Source: Lingula anatina
Taxonomy: Eukaryota > Animalia > Brachiopoda
Assembly: GCA_051362555.1 (NCBI GenBank)
Contig: CM120649.1
Location: forward strand, 17,188,567 to 17,252,566
Length of the DNA stretch: 64,000 nt
Reading direction: 5' to 3'
Shown here piece by piece: positions 51,433-64,000 of this stretch (its first letter is position 1; every line of letters begins with the position of its first letter). The notes beneath the pieces are model-generated. The model had not been told where the DNA came from. It made no database searches and saw only the letters and a program-made list of their open reading frames with translations. The position numbers and the translations under genes are program-made.

Positions 51433-53174
51433 ATGTCACCAATTTGCCCATTTTCAGTGTAAAACAAATCTGAAAGCTAGAGTTTGGATGATTTATAAGT
51501 AACTAAGGCAGCAGCACGTCAGGAAAAACAAAACACACTGTTTGCAACCTTTGATTTTTATTTTCCAATATTTTGTTACTTATTAAGTTTTAAAGCAAAA
51601 TCTAAACATGTTCACTATTTGAAGTATTGAGTATCACCTGTGCTCTCTTTGTGGCACACATATAGAATCATATCAACATCTTGAATACACCTTTCTGGTG
51701 CTTAGAGAAAACTGGACTGAAACACAGGCTGATGAGGACTTCAGTTCATATCTGTACAGGCAATTCCAGTCTTAGTACAGGCAATTCCAGTCTTTGAACA
51801 AAGCTTTGAAATGATGATTGCTACAAATCGAGTGACAATTAGGTCACGGCTAATTAGGTTGGAATCTAAGACCTGGGCTCTTCCCAAGTTTTCTTGCAAA
51901 GTAAACAATTGAAGTGCAGATAAATAAAGTCTATAAGTATTGTCAAAACCAACCAATTTATTTATTGCAAGTAGTCATGAATGTTATTTCTTTGTCACCA
52001 AGTACTACTGACAGATATAATAGCAATGTAGTTTGTTACTACAGTTCTCCATAAATAAATACACTGTAATTTCAACACCTTTTCTGTTATAAAAAGAATA
52101 TACACAAGTTCAAAACCCAAACAAAAATGTTTTACAGACAACCAAAAAAAATGAAGAAAAAAATCTAGTGGTTTTGTAAATACGACCCACGATTTAAGTT
52201 TGATTAGAACTGTAAAAAGGGGTAAGCATTTAAATTCACTTTTGTAGGAAGCTAAACCAACTGCTCCGGACAATTTTATTCTGACCTCTCGAAGAACCCC
52301 CCTTAAGACATTTTCCTTTGAGTAAATGGCATTTCTGGTTTCAAACTTACCAGTATTACGCGACAATGAAAGTGAATATGCTGGTATAAAGTTACAAAGG
52401 AAGAAGGGTAGAACTTCCTGTACCACAACAGTGATGCATCACTTCTTATCTAATATTACTACGTTATTAACACTTAAACTTGAACTCTTTTAGAGTCTTG
52501 AATAATTTACAGCCTCTCTCTCTCTCCACATTCGCTCAACTACTCTCTCACATTCATAGATCTGACAACAGCAACATTTTTGGGAGGGGGATTACCATGC
52601 AATTCAAACACATGGCCTAGTTTAGAAAACAATCTATAGAATGTTAAACAATATGTTTAACAAAGTAAAATTTGGTGCAGCTTGGCTTATATATTCTCCA
52701 CCAAAATGTTATCTACATTTATATAAATATAACAGTATGTTTTGGCCTAAATAAATTCATGTCACGTTGAAATTTTTTGCTTTGAAAATGAAATGACATG
52801 GCCTCTCTCCATTTTTTCTTCTTTTTCAACATGACTTACAAGTGTACCAACTCCTGATTCGTGGCACATCATTTTTTCCTTTGTAAATCCACAATATTGT
52901 CTCTATTTGCCTTTTTCAATGTGACCTGTCACGACACGTAAAATGTAAATTTAACAATACCACAGTTCAGAGCATATTGTAACAAGTACAAACAAGATGT
53001 TTCTGCACTATTTTTCACCCTGGTACATTTTGACAGTCCATCCTGTGCTCAAGTTTTCACTCGCTGTGTATCATGCAGCCGATTTAGCTTAAATAGAGCA
53101 CATACAGGTCAAATAACAGTTCTGTTCCACATTTGCTCCACGTTTCTCACCCGTTTTGAAAATAAATGGTAAAA
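51431..53174 (+). repeat. Direct repeat copy 2; probable distal TRIP12 3' UTR or flank
   Basis: Matches 30797-32534 and lies ~600 bp downstream of the TRIP12 stop codon. Confidence 0.9.
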
Positions 53175-53784
53175 TTAAAAAGGCTAAAACATCCTGAAAT
53201 TTTTGTCTTTTATTGTATCAAAAGCTTCCTTGTAACTTTCCATTCTTAAGTTAAGCAACAGAACTGAATCAGAATTCCCCTTGTCACGGGAATTTCTGAA
53301 AAACCACTTCCAGTGTGGCAGAACAATGTATTGCAGTGGAAAAGCCTCGATGTCAATGTGTCTGTGGTCTCTGATGCTCACATGTCAAATGCTGTCTTAC
53401 ACTTGAATAGCATCTCTAATGGCTAGTTCTAAGTAGCACATTATCCCAACTGAATTTCGAATCCAAACTTTGAGTTAATAACATTCCAAATCCCCGAAGT
53501 GACATCCAAACTTCTAGCACTTTTGAATTGGGTTTATTTCTACCCGGAAGCTTTTCTCTTGTGGGGTGACAATTTGGCTTTTTCACCTTCTTGCCCATGC
53601 TGGTGCTAAAACTATCCATTTCACTATGATACAACATTTGATGTAGCAACCAAAAAAGGCCATTTCCTTTTGATCTTGCTATTTGCATTCCATGTATCTC
53701 TCTCTAACCATTATGTTCTTCTTTGATGCAAATAAGAAACCTCAGTAAAGCCATGGCCTACACTCTGCCATATCAGACCCAGTG

Positions 53785-64000
<10,216 letters not shown>

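Overview
AT-rich, intron-containing animal genomic DNA. The repeat content suggests a marine invertebrate such as a mollusc; this is an inference. Three conserved genes form the scaffold: BRCC3 (minus strand, 7 exons, one U12-type AT-AC intron), a head-to-head DUF229 gene (plus strand) and the 3' part of TRIP12 (minus strand). Two accessory blocks sit against the 3' ends of these genes. (1) At 1.3-21.7 kb is a tandem array of four intronless proteinase-K-like S8 subtilase genes: two intact, one pseudogene and one prodomain-only. Their differences cluster in specificity loops, and the repeat unit carries decayed copies of the BRCC3 last exon and 3' UTR. (2) At 32.5-51.4 kb is a transposon-rich block bracketed by a ~1.75 kb direct repeat. 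It hides a 5-exon gene that the ORF track does not show as a whole. The gene predicts a 95-aa secreted precursor: signal peptide, pro-region, RMRR, EYYGPFCPPCCPPYC, RK, tail. This looks like a toxin, defence-peptide or neuropeptide precursor. Mobile elements include HINE/Helentron-like repeats, Tc1, a mariner derivative, a Penelope fragment with a hammerhead ribozyme, a LINE fragment and MITEs. All gene models were assembled by eye and no database search was run.
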